64,000 nucleotides of DNA from Camelus dromedarius (Eukaryota), in the NCBI RefSeq assembly GCF_036321535.1, contig NC_087437.1, positions 60,452,001-60,516,000 of the forward strand, written 5' to 3'. A program made the position numbers and the translations under genes. Within the stretch, counting starts at the first letter, position 1. Every line of letters starts with the position of its first letter. The notes below the pieces were generated by a model. The model searched no databases. It worked only from the letters and a program-made list of their open reading frames with translations, and had not been told where the DNA came from. Of this stretch, positions 52,319 to 64,000 are shown piece after piece.

Positions 52319-53270
52319 CCCTGTTTGACTGACTAGATTATTTTCCCTGGCTTCATATCACCAGAAATGTTAAAGCAATGATTTGAATCCAAGTTAATCT
52401 GATTCCAAGGACTATTCAGCCTTCACCATTGGCTCTCACTGTGGGAATTACTTCTTCCAGGAGGGTATAAGGAGTAAATTAGAAGGAATGAGAGAAAATT
52501 CTTGGTCTGTGTGATGTGAGCAGGAATTTGAATGGTGAATCAAACTTGAACATGAAATACGTAACTGAAATTTATGACAGGAAGCACTAAAGTAACAGAT
52601 GTGGAGGTAGGAACTTGCAGGATATGTAAAGGAAGGAGCAAGTCATTCAAATCTGATGGTGTATAAGCTCATGAGAAACATACGTTTGGAATGAAGTTGA
52701 GTGATAGATTGGGGTCAGTTCATACAGTCTTGTATGAGAGTTTCTGAACGTTTTAGGGGAAGTATGTTACTATATATGGGCTCCATAAAGATCCATCTGC
52801 GTAAAACACATTAGAATGATTTGAGCAGTGGAGAATACCAATCTAAGAGATGGGGTAGATTACATTTGCAGTAATCCAGAAGAGATTAACAAAGGCTTGA
52901 ACAAAGGTAATAGAAATGCAAATGAAGAGATGGTGGCTTTCCAACAAAAAATGATGTATTTAAATCAGTAAGAATTGGCAACTGATTAGATGTGTGGATT
53001 AAGGCAGAGATGAGAATAGGAATTCAACTAGTATTAAAAGCTAACTGTACCCTTTCTGCATTTGAAAGTCATAGTACTATGAATGTCAACTCTTTAATCA
53101 CATTTGTACTTTTGCATTCCTTGAAATCTTTCCTTAAATTATTAAAATGAAACTGTATTATTTGATTACTATCATATTTAACGTTTTTCGTTAAGAAGTC
53201 GTACAAAATTATATCTTGCCATTTTACATTTTACTCTAAATTTCTGTGCTACTTCTTTTTCCCCCATTAG

Positions 53271-53321
53271 GTTAACGGCACTGATGCAGATTATGAATAT
53301 GAAGAAATCACACTTGAAAGG
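53271..53321 (+). CDS. DLG1: DLG1 exon entering PDZ1 (VNGTDADYEYEEITLER), 51 nt
   Basis: Acceptor ttttcccccattAG at 53269-53270 and donor GTaaaa at 53322. Phase 0-0. Confidence 0.96.
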
Positions 53322-53524
53322 GTAAAAACTGTTAATTATCTTGTTTTTATGCATAAATTTGTTGCTTTAAAGAACTCATTAAATATACTGCTCTTTCATA
53401 TAGAATCCAAGGAAGATCATCGTTCAAAAACAGAACCATATAGTATTCATTTCTTTAATAAGTCCACATGTCATAAAATTAGCTGTGGCATTTTTCAGAA
53501 CATGTTGCTTTTCTTTAATAACAT

Positions 53525-53822
53525 CTTTTTAAAAATAAACTTTTTATTTAACATACTTTTAGATTTATAGAAAAGTTGTACAGTCAGTCTCCATTTACCC
53601 TGGACTCAGTCTCACCTATTGTTAACATTTTGCGTTACTAGAATACATTTATTTCAACTAATGAACCGATATTGATACATTATTATTAACTGAAGTCTAT
53701 GCTTCATTTGAATTTGCTTAGTTTTTATGGTTTTCTCTCCCAGGGTCCCATCTAGAATACCATATTACATTTAGTTATTATGTCTCCTTAGGCTCCTCTA
53801 GGCTGACAGTTTCTCAGATTTT
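53525..53822 (-). mobile_element. L1MC/MD-like 3' end, antisense
   Basis: ttttagatttatagaaaagttg ... atattgatacattattattaactgaagtc ... catattacatttagtt. Confidence 0.65.
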
Positions 53823-54511
53823 TCTCAGTTTTTATTTTTATTTATTTTTCATACAATAAAATATTATTTATTTTAAATAAGTATTTAGTATCCTAGTAAC
53901 ATGGTCATTCTGTCAGTTTTCTTTCCCAGCAAAATAATAATCGTAGATTTAATGGAAAAGACTTTGTTGAAAACTTCTCATGAATTCCCCCAGTCAGAAA
54001 ATAAGGATACAATTCAGATGTTTAAATTTTCTTAATATATTTTTCTCCTTAAGAATATCTGCTCAATTTATACTGTACTTTAGCAATACCACCTTGTCTG
54101 ACCAGCATTTTTGGGGGGTGAAGTGTTCCATACAAGTAAATTTTCTAAGCAACTGAATGTAGGTTTAAGACTAAAATCCTGTATAATTAGATTTATTTAT
54201 GTTTGAAGCCAGAATAGACTGAGTGAAAATAGACCTGAAAGAATCTTTTACATGTATAATAGATTTTTATTGCCTACTCCTGAATTTAGGTCACCTGTTC
54301 AAGTGAGGTGGATGACTGAATCTTACAAGTAAACAGTATTAATGTCACATTTTAATGTGGCATTTTGGTTTTTTCCAGTTTTATTGAAATCTCTTGACTC
54401 TTATCCCTTTTATCTTACTCATTTTTAATTTTTTCCTAGTACCTTTTAAATTCCTTTATTTAGTCGGAACCGAACATTGTATTTTTCACTGACTAAAGAC
54501 CTTGAGTTCCG

Positions 54512-54812
54512 AGAATTGGGGAAATGTTGTTAAAGGGTACAAACCTGCAGCTAGAAGATGAGTAAGTTTCAGAGATCTAGTGCATAGCATAGCAAATATG
54601 GTCATCAGTTCTGTATTACATATTTCAAAATTGCTAAGAGACTAGATCTTAAATGTTCCCACCACAAAAAATGACAATCATGTGACCTCATAGAGTTGTT
54701 AGCTGATAACAGTGGTAATCATTACTGTACTATTTAAATGTATCAAATCAGCATGTGTTTTATACCTTAAACTTATACAGTTATTTGTAATTATATCTCA
54801 ATTTTTTAAAAA
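54512..54812 (+). mobile_element. L1MA9-like 3' end, sense
   Basis: aaagggtacaaacctgcag ... ttgctaagagactagatcttaaatgttcccaccac ... taattatatctcaat. Confidence 0.75.
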
Positions 54813-55783
54813 GCAGAACTTGAATACCTGAGTAAATTGGTAGCCCCACACAATTTATTCATACAGTTATTGATACTCTAGTAACTCTTGTAGAGTTCAG
54901 ACTAAAAAAAAGTTAAAATAGAGTTTTAGGACATATCATAGTACAGTGAATGTTTAAGCTATTTAATACTAACGGTTAAGTAATAGATTCACGTATGCCA
55001 GCTTATTTGAGCTGCCTGAAAGCCAGAGTTAGAACATTCTTGCAAAAATAAACATTTAATACCTTTGCTTAGATCACTTGTCCTTTTTGTAGCAGTAGAA
55101 CCCTTTCTTCAAAGAAAATATTATTCAAAAATCCAGTACGAAAAACAAGCAAGAAGTAGCACTGTTTTGGCAAAACTGACTTTGCTGACAAGAAAGTTCA
55201 CCAAAGTTATGTTCTGCAGTTGGGTTTTCAATATTTAAAAAAAAAAAAAAAAGCCTTTTGCTAGTCAGGTGCTTTGGTTAAACACATCAAGGATGGTGGC
55301 TGTGTTACTTAGCTGATACATTTTAAAATAAGCTGATGACAGAGTTAGCGGAAGAAAAGCACCATCCAGTATCCCTTTTGTAAAAGGCTGAAATAATGTA
55401 TTGGTATTGCCTACATAGAACTAATAGCAGCAGAAGGATCACATCAGTTTTTTTTTCCTTAGGAACAATTTGCCTTACCAAACATGAGCAAGATGCAGTC
55501 TAAAAGAAAGAGATCTAATAGTGACACCTCTGCAAGGACAAATTGCACACATACTTTTCAAGAAAGAACTGTAGATCAGACTCCAAAAGTACTTAGTACC
55601 TGTTCTTCAACCTTACCTGCCTAGCAGTAATACCTCTTAATTCGTAGAGAAAAAAGAGCTTTCCTTGTATTTCTTATTTTTAGAATCACCATATTCCCTA
55701 TGCATATGCCTTTATGATGTATGTTCCCTGTATTAGTACAGTTTCTAGGTCCCGTAATGACAGGAACCTATCAATAAAGATAA

Positions 55784-55969
<186 letters not shown>

Positions 55970-57592
55970 TGATACTAAATCCACTTTGTATATTTTTCTT
56001 GTGGCAGACTGAACAATGAATAAATACAAATAAGAAACACTGTCATAATAACCAACATAAGGTAGATGCTCAAATATCAAATGAATGAATGAAATCATTG
56101 TGCTTTAAGCATTGTTTTCCTCTTTTCAGTTAGGAATTCAGTTTTATCTTAGAAATTAAACATTTTGAATAATAAGTTTGATAGTTTAAATATTTGTGAG
56201 CAAATTTATAAAAATCATAGATTTTCCTGTTATATTTTCAAATACTTTCACAAAATGTTTTCCATGTATTTTCTGGGTGGGAAACAGGTATATAAACTTA
56301 TTTGAGATACAAGCAATCATATATATCTGAGTTTGAATCCCATACCACAAAGAGTAAAGATTATGCAAACTTTAAATAAATTAATATATTTTCTTAATTT
56401 AATAAATGTACATTGCTCTCTTGTTTAAATTTAACCTTCCATTACAGAGGATATCTTTAGCATACTTTATTACTTCCTTATGCCATAGATTGTGGCACTT
56501 TTCCTATTCCCTTGTTTGTTTTTTTAATACATGGTGAGAGTTTCCTGAAGTTTTAGGACTACGGATTTTTGTATAGTCTGTTAAAAAGAACCTCTGATTT
56601 TAAGGCTGCTGGTACCTTATGCAGCTTTTCAGTTTCTAAACTTTACTTATCACTGGATATGACAGGTGGCATATTAATGAAATTAGATATAAAATTAATA
56701 ATTAGTCCACTCATGTAAATGTAAACATTTACTTCCTGATTCTGTTATTGGCCTTTTATTTGTAATTCTTGTGTGAAAATTAACATACTCTATTTGTTTC
56801 ACTGGAGAACATACCTATAGTACTAACTCTAAGGTATCACTGTCTTTAGATACAGAATTTCTTTCCTCTAAAGAAAGTTAATTGGATATAGAAGTTTATC
56901 ATCATCAATTTAAATATTTTAATTGTGTTTTGTTCCCCTTCTCTGCCCAATTTGAAATGACCATTTTTTAATTTGTTTTCTGATGGAATACCATGGAGTT
57001 GAAACTGAGATCGGTTTATTTTGGGTTAAATCAGTGGATTAATCTCAGTTTTGCCACTTACTATCTCTGTGACCATAAGCTAGTTATTCAGTCTTAGCCT
57101 CAGTTTTCTTATCTTTGAATCACTGCTCTGTTAGTCATTATCTGGGTGGCCTTGAGAAAGTTATTTTAACTCTTTGTGCCTCATTTTCTCCATCTGTAAA
57201 ATAGGGATATAAATATGTATCTACCTTACAAGTTGTTTTAAGGCTTAAAACACTCAAAGAAGTTCCTGGCATGTGTTTAATGCTAAGTAAATATTTACTG
57301 TTTTGGTAAAGTATCTTAATTTCTATACATAATTTCTATACATAATCATACAATGTCATTAATATTTTGAATAATAATCTATTTGCACTGTTACTTTTGC
57401 TGGCCCTTTGGGAATGTTTGTATTTCTATGAGTATTTGATACATTGGAATTGAACATACAGTTTATTCTAATAAATAATTCTAATAAATCTCTATTTTAA
57501 AAAATGAAAATGACAAGAAAAATTGGCAGAGTGAAGAAATGATATTTAAATTGTTAATATTTAATTTTTATTTTGAATACTTTTTTCCTCAG

Positions 57593-57762
57593 GGTCAATG
57601 ACTGTATATTGCGAGTAAATGAAGTAGATGTTCGTGATGTAACACATAGCAAAGCAGTTGAAGCTTTGAAAGAAGCAGGGTCTATTGTACGCTTGTATGT
57701 AAAAAGACGGAAACCAGTATCAGAAAAAATAATGGAAATAAAGCTCATTAAAGGTCCTAAAG
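57593..57762 (+). CDS. DLG1: DLG1 exon, PDZ1 C-terminal half and PDZ2 start ([29 protein letters not shown]...IKLIKGPK), 170 nt
   Basis: AG at 57591-57592, donor GTatga at 57763. Phase 2-1 fits both neighbours. Confidence 0.98.
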
Positions 57763-58336
57763 GTATGAAGTAAATCCAACTAAAACAAATTACTAAGTAA
57801 GAAATCGCTGAATAAGATGTAACTATGAAGTTATTTATGACACATTCTAACTAACAATACTGGTAATCTGCAAAACTTGAGTGAATTTTTAGAATTTCTC
57901 TTATTTCTACTGATTTTTGTCTTGAGTAGAATTCTTTGTAAACACTTTGAAGTCATTGATACAAGTGTTGATATTAACTTGTAATCATTAATCTACAAAG
58001 TAAATTAAATGCAGGTACACAGGCTAAATAAGTTAAAAGAAGAAAATATTTTTTAGGGTGTCAGTAGTTACATCTATAATAAGGAATGTTAGGATGTGAT
58101 TTCTGAATTTTGAAAGCATGGATAGGATTGAGGATAAATTGAAATACTGTTTTTAATTTGTGGCTTCATGGAAAAGGAATAGAGAGCTATAAGTTTGTCT
58201 GGCATTGAAGCTATGGGATTTATGAATTATTGAAATTCCTTATTTAAAATTAATTCATAGAATATTGAAAAACAACAGAAGCATCTGCATTCCTGAAGCT
58301 GTTAGTTCTGCCCACCACCACAAATTTTTCCCCCAG

Positions 58337-58477
58337 TTTTTTAACTGAAGTACAGTTACAGTGTGTCAATTCCTGATGTGCAGCACAATGTCCCAGTCAT
58401 GCATATACATACATATATTCGTTTTCATATCCTTTTCCATTAAAAATTACTACAAATACTGAATATAGTTCCCTGTG
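58337..58477 (-). mobile_element. Short L1 3' tail
   Basis: ttttttaactgaagtacagttacagtgtgtcaattcctg...tgaatatagttccctgtg, clearly similar to 35975-36118. Confidence 0.8.
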
Positions 58478-58818
58478 TCCCCTAATTGTTTTAATCTTGT
58501 GGAAGTATTGAAAATGTTAGTTAAGAAACACAATTATGATGGAAACAAAAGTGAAACAATTTTACAGTATCTCTTTGCACTAACAAATTCATTTACAAAG
58601 AAACTGTAAGATGTAACTTGGAGGGTGGAAGAAAAGGAATTTACTTGTGACTCTAGGGGCCCATATATTTGGGATTATCCCCTGGTTACAAAATACTTCG
58701 GGTTTTAAAAGTAGGTAAATAGATTCTTTTCTACTTTGAAAAACATTAGTTCAGTAAAATTATCACCTTCTAGTTTTCAGCCATTTCTTTCTGGACTTAA
58801 GTTTATGTTTATTGGTGA

Positions 58819-59007
<189 letters not shown>

Positions 59008-59635
59008 TAAAAATCATTTTAATGTTTTTTTCTGACAGACTCTGGAATTTCTGCATGCCAAAAATGTTTAAATGATATTTAGATGAGTCAGTAGTCAAAA
59101 CCTGAAAAATAATTCTTTACTATCTTCACTTACCAATTCCATTTCCTCTACCAGCTCCCCTCTTTTTTCTTTTTTTTCCTTTTCTTTTTTCTCTTGTTTA
59201 TTGAAGAGTTAGAGGCTTGGATGCACAAAATTGTTTAATCATAATCCTTAGGTTCATAACAGTGTCATTCTTTGTTCATGTGTGACCTTTTTTCTTTCTT
59301 TTTTTCTTTATAATATAGTAAAAAAAACTGCTAGTCATTACCCATCCCAAGAACTAGAATATCAACAATTTATGTTTCTCATTCTTTTGTTTTTAAAGAG
59401 TGTTTAATCACATACATATGCCTACATGTTTGTTTAGTATTATTTGTTTTGAAAAAATTTTAAAGGCTCTTGTCCTGTATATAGTCTTTTAATACTTTTT
59501 TCACTCAGTATTATTTTACTGAGACTTAGCCATATTATTGCCTAGAGCTGAAATGTATTCATTCACCTCTATATAATATTCTGTTCTGGTACTATAGACT
59601 GTATCACAATTTATTTATTCAAACTTCATCAATAA

Positions 59636-60310
59636 TTATCTTAGTTCATGTTCCCTGGGAAAACAAAACCTGAAGAAAAAACTACTGTGCTAAGGTATTA
59701 TAGGGAGGTATGACTTCAGAGAAGCTAGAGTGAGTGAAATGAAAAATGAGGCAGAGAATGAGAGAAAGCCAATACAAGGTATTATGTTTCTGAGCTGGCT
59801 GTAATTTCATAAGAAAATGTAGCTGATTGCTTGTCACGTAGGACAGTCTTCCAGGCAGTCAGTGTAGAACCACTAAACCTTAGATCCAGCCAAGGAAAAG
59901 AAAGGATTTATCTGCTGGCCCCTTTTAGTCTCCTATCTCTTGTTAGTTAGAGTCTACTCCCCAGGGGTTAACTGTCCCAGATTTCTGAACTATGTTACCC
60001 AGCTCCTCTGGGCAAATGCTAGGGAAGCCAGCTCCCATATTCTGGCATAGCACTTACCCTGAATCCAGAAGTGGTGGGGAGGGCTAGAGCCTCAATGGTC
60101 TAGACAGGTCAGACATGGTCTTCTAATATGTTACAGCTCTCAATATGTGGAACATATCAGCCATGCCCAGGCCCAGTCCTTACTCCAGAAGAGGAGGTAA
60201 TGGTAGAGAGTAGCAGTAGCCAGGACTCGCCACTAAGCAAGCAACCAAGGCCTCTAGTAGGCAGGTAGGCTCAAGTGAATCTGAAAAGGCATATAATCTA
60301 AATCTGGTAC
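59636..60310. mobile_element. Old ERVL/MaLR-type LTR (family uncertain)
   Basis: Starts tcttagttcatgttccctgggaaaacaaaacctga, with a GC-richer LTR-like body. Confidence 0.45.
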
Positions 60311-61060
60311 AGTAGTGATTTGAGTTATTTCTTCTTTTTTATTTTTTATTTTTTGACATTTGAATAGTTCTGCTAGGAAGAGGAGCTGATTATTTTTGAG
60401 TTAATGACAGGGAAGAGGAAGGAGCTGTCCTTCAACTGCTTTTCTCTAACCTACCCTCTCACATCTGTGACTTGCTACTCTTTTCTCCAAGGTGCAGCCA
60501 GCACCCCCTCATCATCACGTACACACACACACATACCCTACACACGTACACCAGTTCAAGACAGCCTTCTTTCTCCACTAGGTTTCTCATTTTTATTTTT
60601 AATTTCTTAGATACCATGTTTTCCTTTATCGTTTCTCCAGAATCAATTTTAGGGTAGGGAGCCAGCAATTTATGCTGATTTACCATTTAGTGAAGCTTTT
60701 GTTGCCATAATTCCACTGAAATTATTTAATTCCTGATTTTCACCTTAAGTGTTATATCAAGCATTTGACACACCTTCTTCCTTCTTAAAACACTTTTTCC
60801 AGTTTGCCTAATAATCACCCTCTGTCTTGCTATTCTTCTTATCTCATTAGCCACTCCTCATTCTTCTTTTTGATGCATCTTCTCCCTTACCTCTAAGTAT
60901 TGAAGTGATCCAGGATTCAGTACTTCTATGTTTTGTGTTCTCTCTTTGATAGGTGGTCAAATAACTTACTGCGTTTCATTGTTCTTGATAGAGATAGGTA
61001 TTGTTTTCTGAACCTTAGTCTCCTTTTGTATGTCTCAAGAGTCATCTCAAATTTAATATA

Positions 61061-61376
61061 CAGTTGGCCCTGTGTATCTGTGGGTTCCATATCTGCAAAT
61101 TCAACCAACTGAGAATCGAGAATATTTGGAGGGGAAAATTCCAGAAAGCAAAATTTGAATTTGCTGTAGGCTGGCAACTATTTACATAGCATTTACATTA
61201 TATTAGGTATTATAAGTAATCTAAAGATGATTTAAAGAGAATGCATAAGTTATATGCAAATACTATACTATTGTACATAAAGAACTTGAAAGTTCGCAGA
61301 TTTGGTAACCTCGCAGAAAGTGAAGGAGGCAGTGGGTTCATAGAATCATTCCCCCATAGATACCAGAGGACAACTA
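61061..61376. mobile_element. MER2-family (TcMar-Tigger) DNA element inserted in an L2 remnant
   Basis: TIRs cagttggccctgtgtatctgtggg / cccatagataccagaggacaacta, with TA on both sides (61059-61060, 61377-61378). Confidence 0.85.
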
Positions 61377-61574
61377 TATCTAAAAATGAATCTCCAAGTC
61401 ACAACAACACCCCCCAGCACCAGTAACACCCCACACCCCAAATCCTGCTTTTTGCATAATCTTTGTATCTCACTAAATGGGAACTTTATCCTTCCATCTG
61501 CCCAGGTCTAAAACTTTAGAATCAGTTTATTTCCCACTGCACATTGAATCCCTCAGCAAATCTTGTCACTTCTT

Positions 61575-61985
61575 TTATTAGCTATCTAATGCTGCATAAG
61601 AAAACATGAAAATTAGTGACTAAAATGACAACAATCATTTATTTGCTTACACTTCTACAGTCTGGGTACGGTTTGGCCAGGACAGCCTGTCTTTACTTCA
61701 GATAATGTCTACTGGGGTGGCTCAGCTAGCGCCAAGAGCCCACTTCCAAGTTGGCTCACACACAGTGGACAGGTTGGTTTTGGCTGTCAGCTGGAAGCTC
61801 AACTGGGGCTGATAGCCAGGTATTTAATTCTCCAGTGGCCTCTCCACATGGCTAAGTTGGGCTTCTCGCAAGATGGTGACTAAGTTCCAAGAGGGACATA
61901 CCAAGAGTGAGCTTCCCAAGAAGACAGCTCTAATGTGTGGCATTTATTAATCCTCTCTTTGCATCACAGTTACTAATACCTCACT
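61575..61985. mobile_element. MLT1-type MaLR LTR
   Basis: tattagctatctaatgctgcataagaaaac...cacttccaagttggctcac...ggctgtcagctggaagctc...tggcctctccacatggct. Confidence 0.7.
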
Positions 61986-62269
61986 GTAGGCCACCAAAAG
62001 AACAGTATACCACAGCTGTATAATTCAAAACGCAAGCAGTCTTCACAATACACTGTAGGGTAGGACCATAAAAATGACCCTGCAAAGCACTATGAATAAT
62101 CAATGGGGAAAGTTAGGATTGTTCTGTGACCTTTAGAAATTTTTGTCAAAATATTAAAATATTTTCTCTAGTTGATTATAGAATCAAAAATTATACTAAA
62201 GTGAGCATTTGTTTAATACATTGTAATTTTAAAAACTAGAAACATTTATAGTGTTTTATTTCTTTGCAG

Positions 62270-62674
62270 AAAAAAAAATGTTTACAAAAAAGAAGAGCAG
62301 TCTAAACTTAACTCTAGCAGAAGGAAGGATTAGAGCAGATATTAATGAAATAGGAAATAGGACAGCCATAGAGATCAACAAAACCAAAACTTGGGTCTTT
62401 GAAAAGATCAACAAAATTAACAAACCTTTAGCTAGACTGACCAAGGAAAAATAGATGACTCAAATTCTAAAAGTAGCAATAAAAGAGAGAAATAAGGGAA
62501 TACTTTTATTTATGAATAACTCAGTGTCAACACATTAGGTAACTTAGATGAAATGGACAAATTCCTAGAAAGACACAATCACTCCTATTCAACATTGTAC
62601 CAAAGATTCTACCCAAGACAATAAGAAAAAAAAAAAACAACAGACATTCAGTTTGGAAAGGCAGAAGTAAAACT
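62270..62674 (+). mobile_element. Sense L1 ORF2 fragment with internal deletions
   Basis: Peptide EINKTKTWVFEKINKINKPLARLTK, then gatgaaatggacaaattcctagaaa, then a jump to ctcctattcaacattgtac...ggaaaggcagaagtaaaact (RT region). Confidence 0.85.
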
Positions 62675-62697
62675 TTTGGGATTTTCTTTTCTTTTAG

Positions 62698-62842
62698 GTG
62701 AATAGTGTGTGTTTAGAAGAAGTTACTCATGAAGAAGCAGTAACTGCCTTAAAGAACACATCTGATTTTGTTTATTTGAAAGTGGCAAAACCCACAAGTA
62801 TGTATATGAACGATGGCTATGCACCACCTGATATCACTAACC
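62698..62842 (+). CDS. DLG1: DLG1 exon, PDZ2 C-terminal half ([32 protein letters not shown]...PPDITN), 145 nt
   Basis: Acceptor ttttcttttcttttAG at 62696-62697, donor GTAAGT at 62843. Phase 0-1. Confidence 0.98.
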
Positions 62843-63064
62843 GTAAGTTTGTTTGCTTAAATCTATTTTATTTCCTTAGGGTGTTTATTTTAATGAAAGT
62901 TTCCCGATATAAAGTTTAAATGTTATACAAATATTTTAAAAAGAACTATTAAGCATTTTAACCTAAAGTTTAAAAAATCAGCTTTATGTCAGAATCTTCA
63001 TAATTAGAAGGGGGGTTGATCTTTTTCATCTTTACTATTTTATAGCAGTAATTAATATTTAAGG

Positions 63065-63255
63065 CATTGATTCTCAAACTTTTATGTAAATAAGTCACCA
63101 GAGGTATTTGCAAGTAATACAGATTCTTACTTTGTTTTAATAGTTTTGAGATGGAGCACAGAAGTATACTTTAACAAGCAATTAATTTTTTTAACAAGCA
63201 AGATAATTCTTATGCTTCTGGTGCTGCTGGTTCACGGGCTGTACTTTGAGAAACA
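63065..63255. mobile_element. MER5A-like DNA element
   Basis: cattgattctcaaactt ... ttaacaagc...gataattcttatgct...actttgagaaac. Confidence 0.6.
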
Positions 63256-64000
63256 ATAACTTAAAATATTTCTAAAACTTGGGCTTTTCCATACTCTGAA
63301 CTGCATGAGCACAGATGTTATCTGTGTACTTCAAGCTCCTAGTGTATTGCCTAACTATGTTTGTGCACAATACAGTTGTATTGCCTAGAATTGAATTGTA
63401 ATGAAAGTACTTATATAATTTTAAGTTTCCTATTTGATTTTCTTTTTTTGATGTACAAGCTGAGATGAGATTTAAATATATTTTTAATGTATTTGTGCTG
63501 GTTGGAAAATGAAAAGACTTATTTGTTTGGTATGTTGAATCAATATTAGAAGCACCCATGTGTAGTAAGATCTTAAATGTACTCTGTAATGTGCTTTTCC
63601 AAGTTTGCCTTTTTAAGTTGTAGAATTTTAGAGATATTTGTGATTTAAGTGGCAGTGTTTCCAGTCTTAAAATGTCCAACTTCATTACCATCACTAATCT
63701 CTATAAGCTAAATACTCATATTTTGAAATGTATATACTGTCCTCTAGTGATACACTTTCATCTTCTGCTCTTTGATTCATTAATTACTCAAGTATAACAA
63801 CTATTTTCTTAATAGTATTCAGTCTCTATAATAATGGACAGAGATGATGTCTTATACTGCATTAGTGTCAGAAAAGAACTTTATTACTTATTCGAAATTC
63901 TTCCATACAGTTGGTCTTACACAGAAACTTTATAGAAGGGCTTTATGTATGTTTATCTGTTATTAGATACGAAATTCAATGATAAGCTATTTTATTCACT

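Noticed and set aside
63272..63694. 140-aa minus-strand ORF
   Set aside because: AT-rich intronic sequence with no domain signature or splice support, so likely chance. The same applies to most 60-130 aa entries in the ORF track.

Overview
AT-rich mammalian genomic DNA from the middle of the DLG1 (SAP97, MAGUK scaffold) gene on the + strand. Eight internal GT-AG coding exons join into one open frame: the N-terminal linker, proline-rich inserts I1A and I1B, PDZ1 and PDZ2. A separate ATG-initiated alternative first exon lies at 9537-9770. The rest is intron, densely filled with old eutherian repeats (L1M, L2, MIR, MER/Tigger DNA elements, MaLR/ERV LTRs). These include a near-full-length decayed antisense L1 with younger elements nested in it. 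A tRNA-Ala-derived SINE resembling Vic-1 suggests a camelid; I saw no Alu, B1, Bov-tA or PRE1. I find no evidence of a wholly new biological system. The best leads are the internal promoter isoform with a nearby CTCF-like site, a paired RFX X-box element, a TSD-flanked 5'-half tRNA-Cys retrocopy, and an L1 fragment occupying the branch-point zone of a PDZ2 exon. Repeat family names are recognised from memory, and repeat boundaries are approximate.
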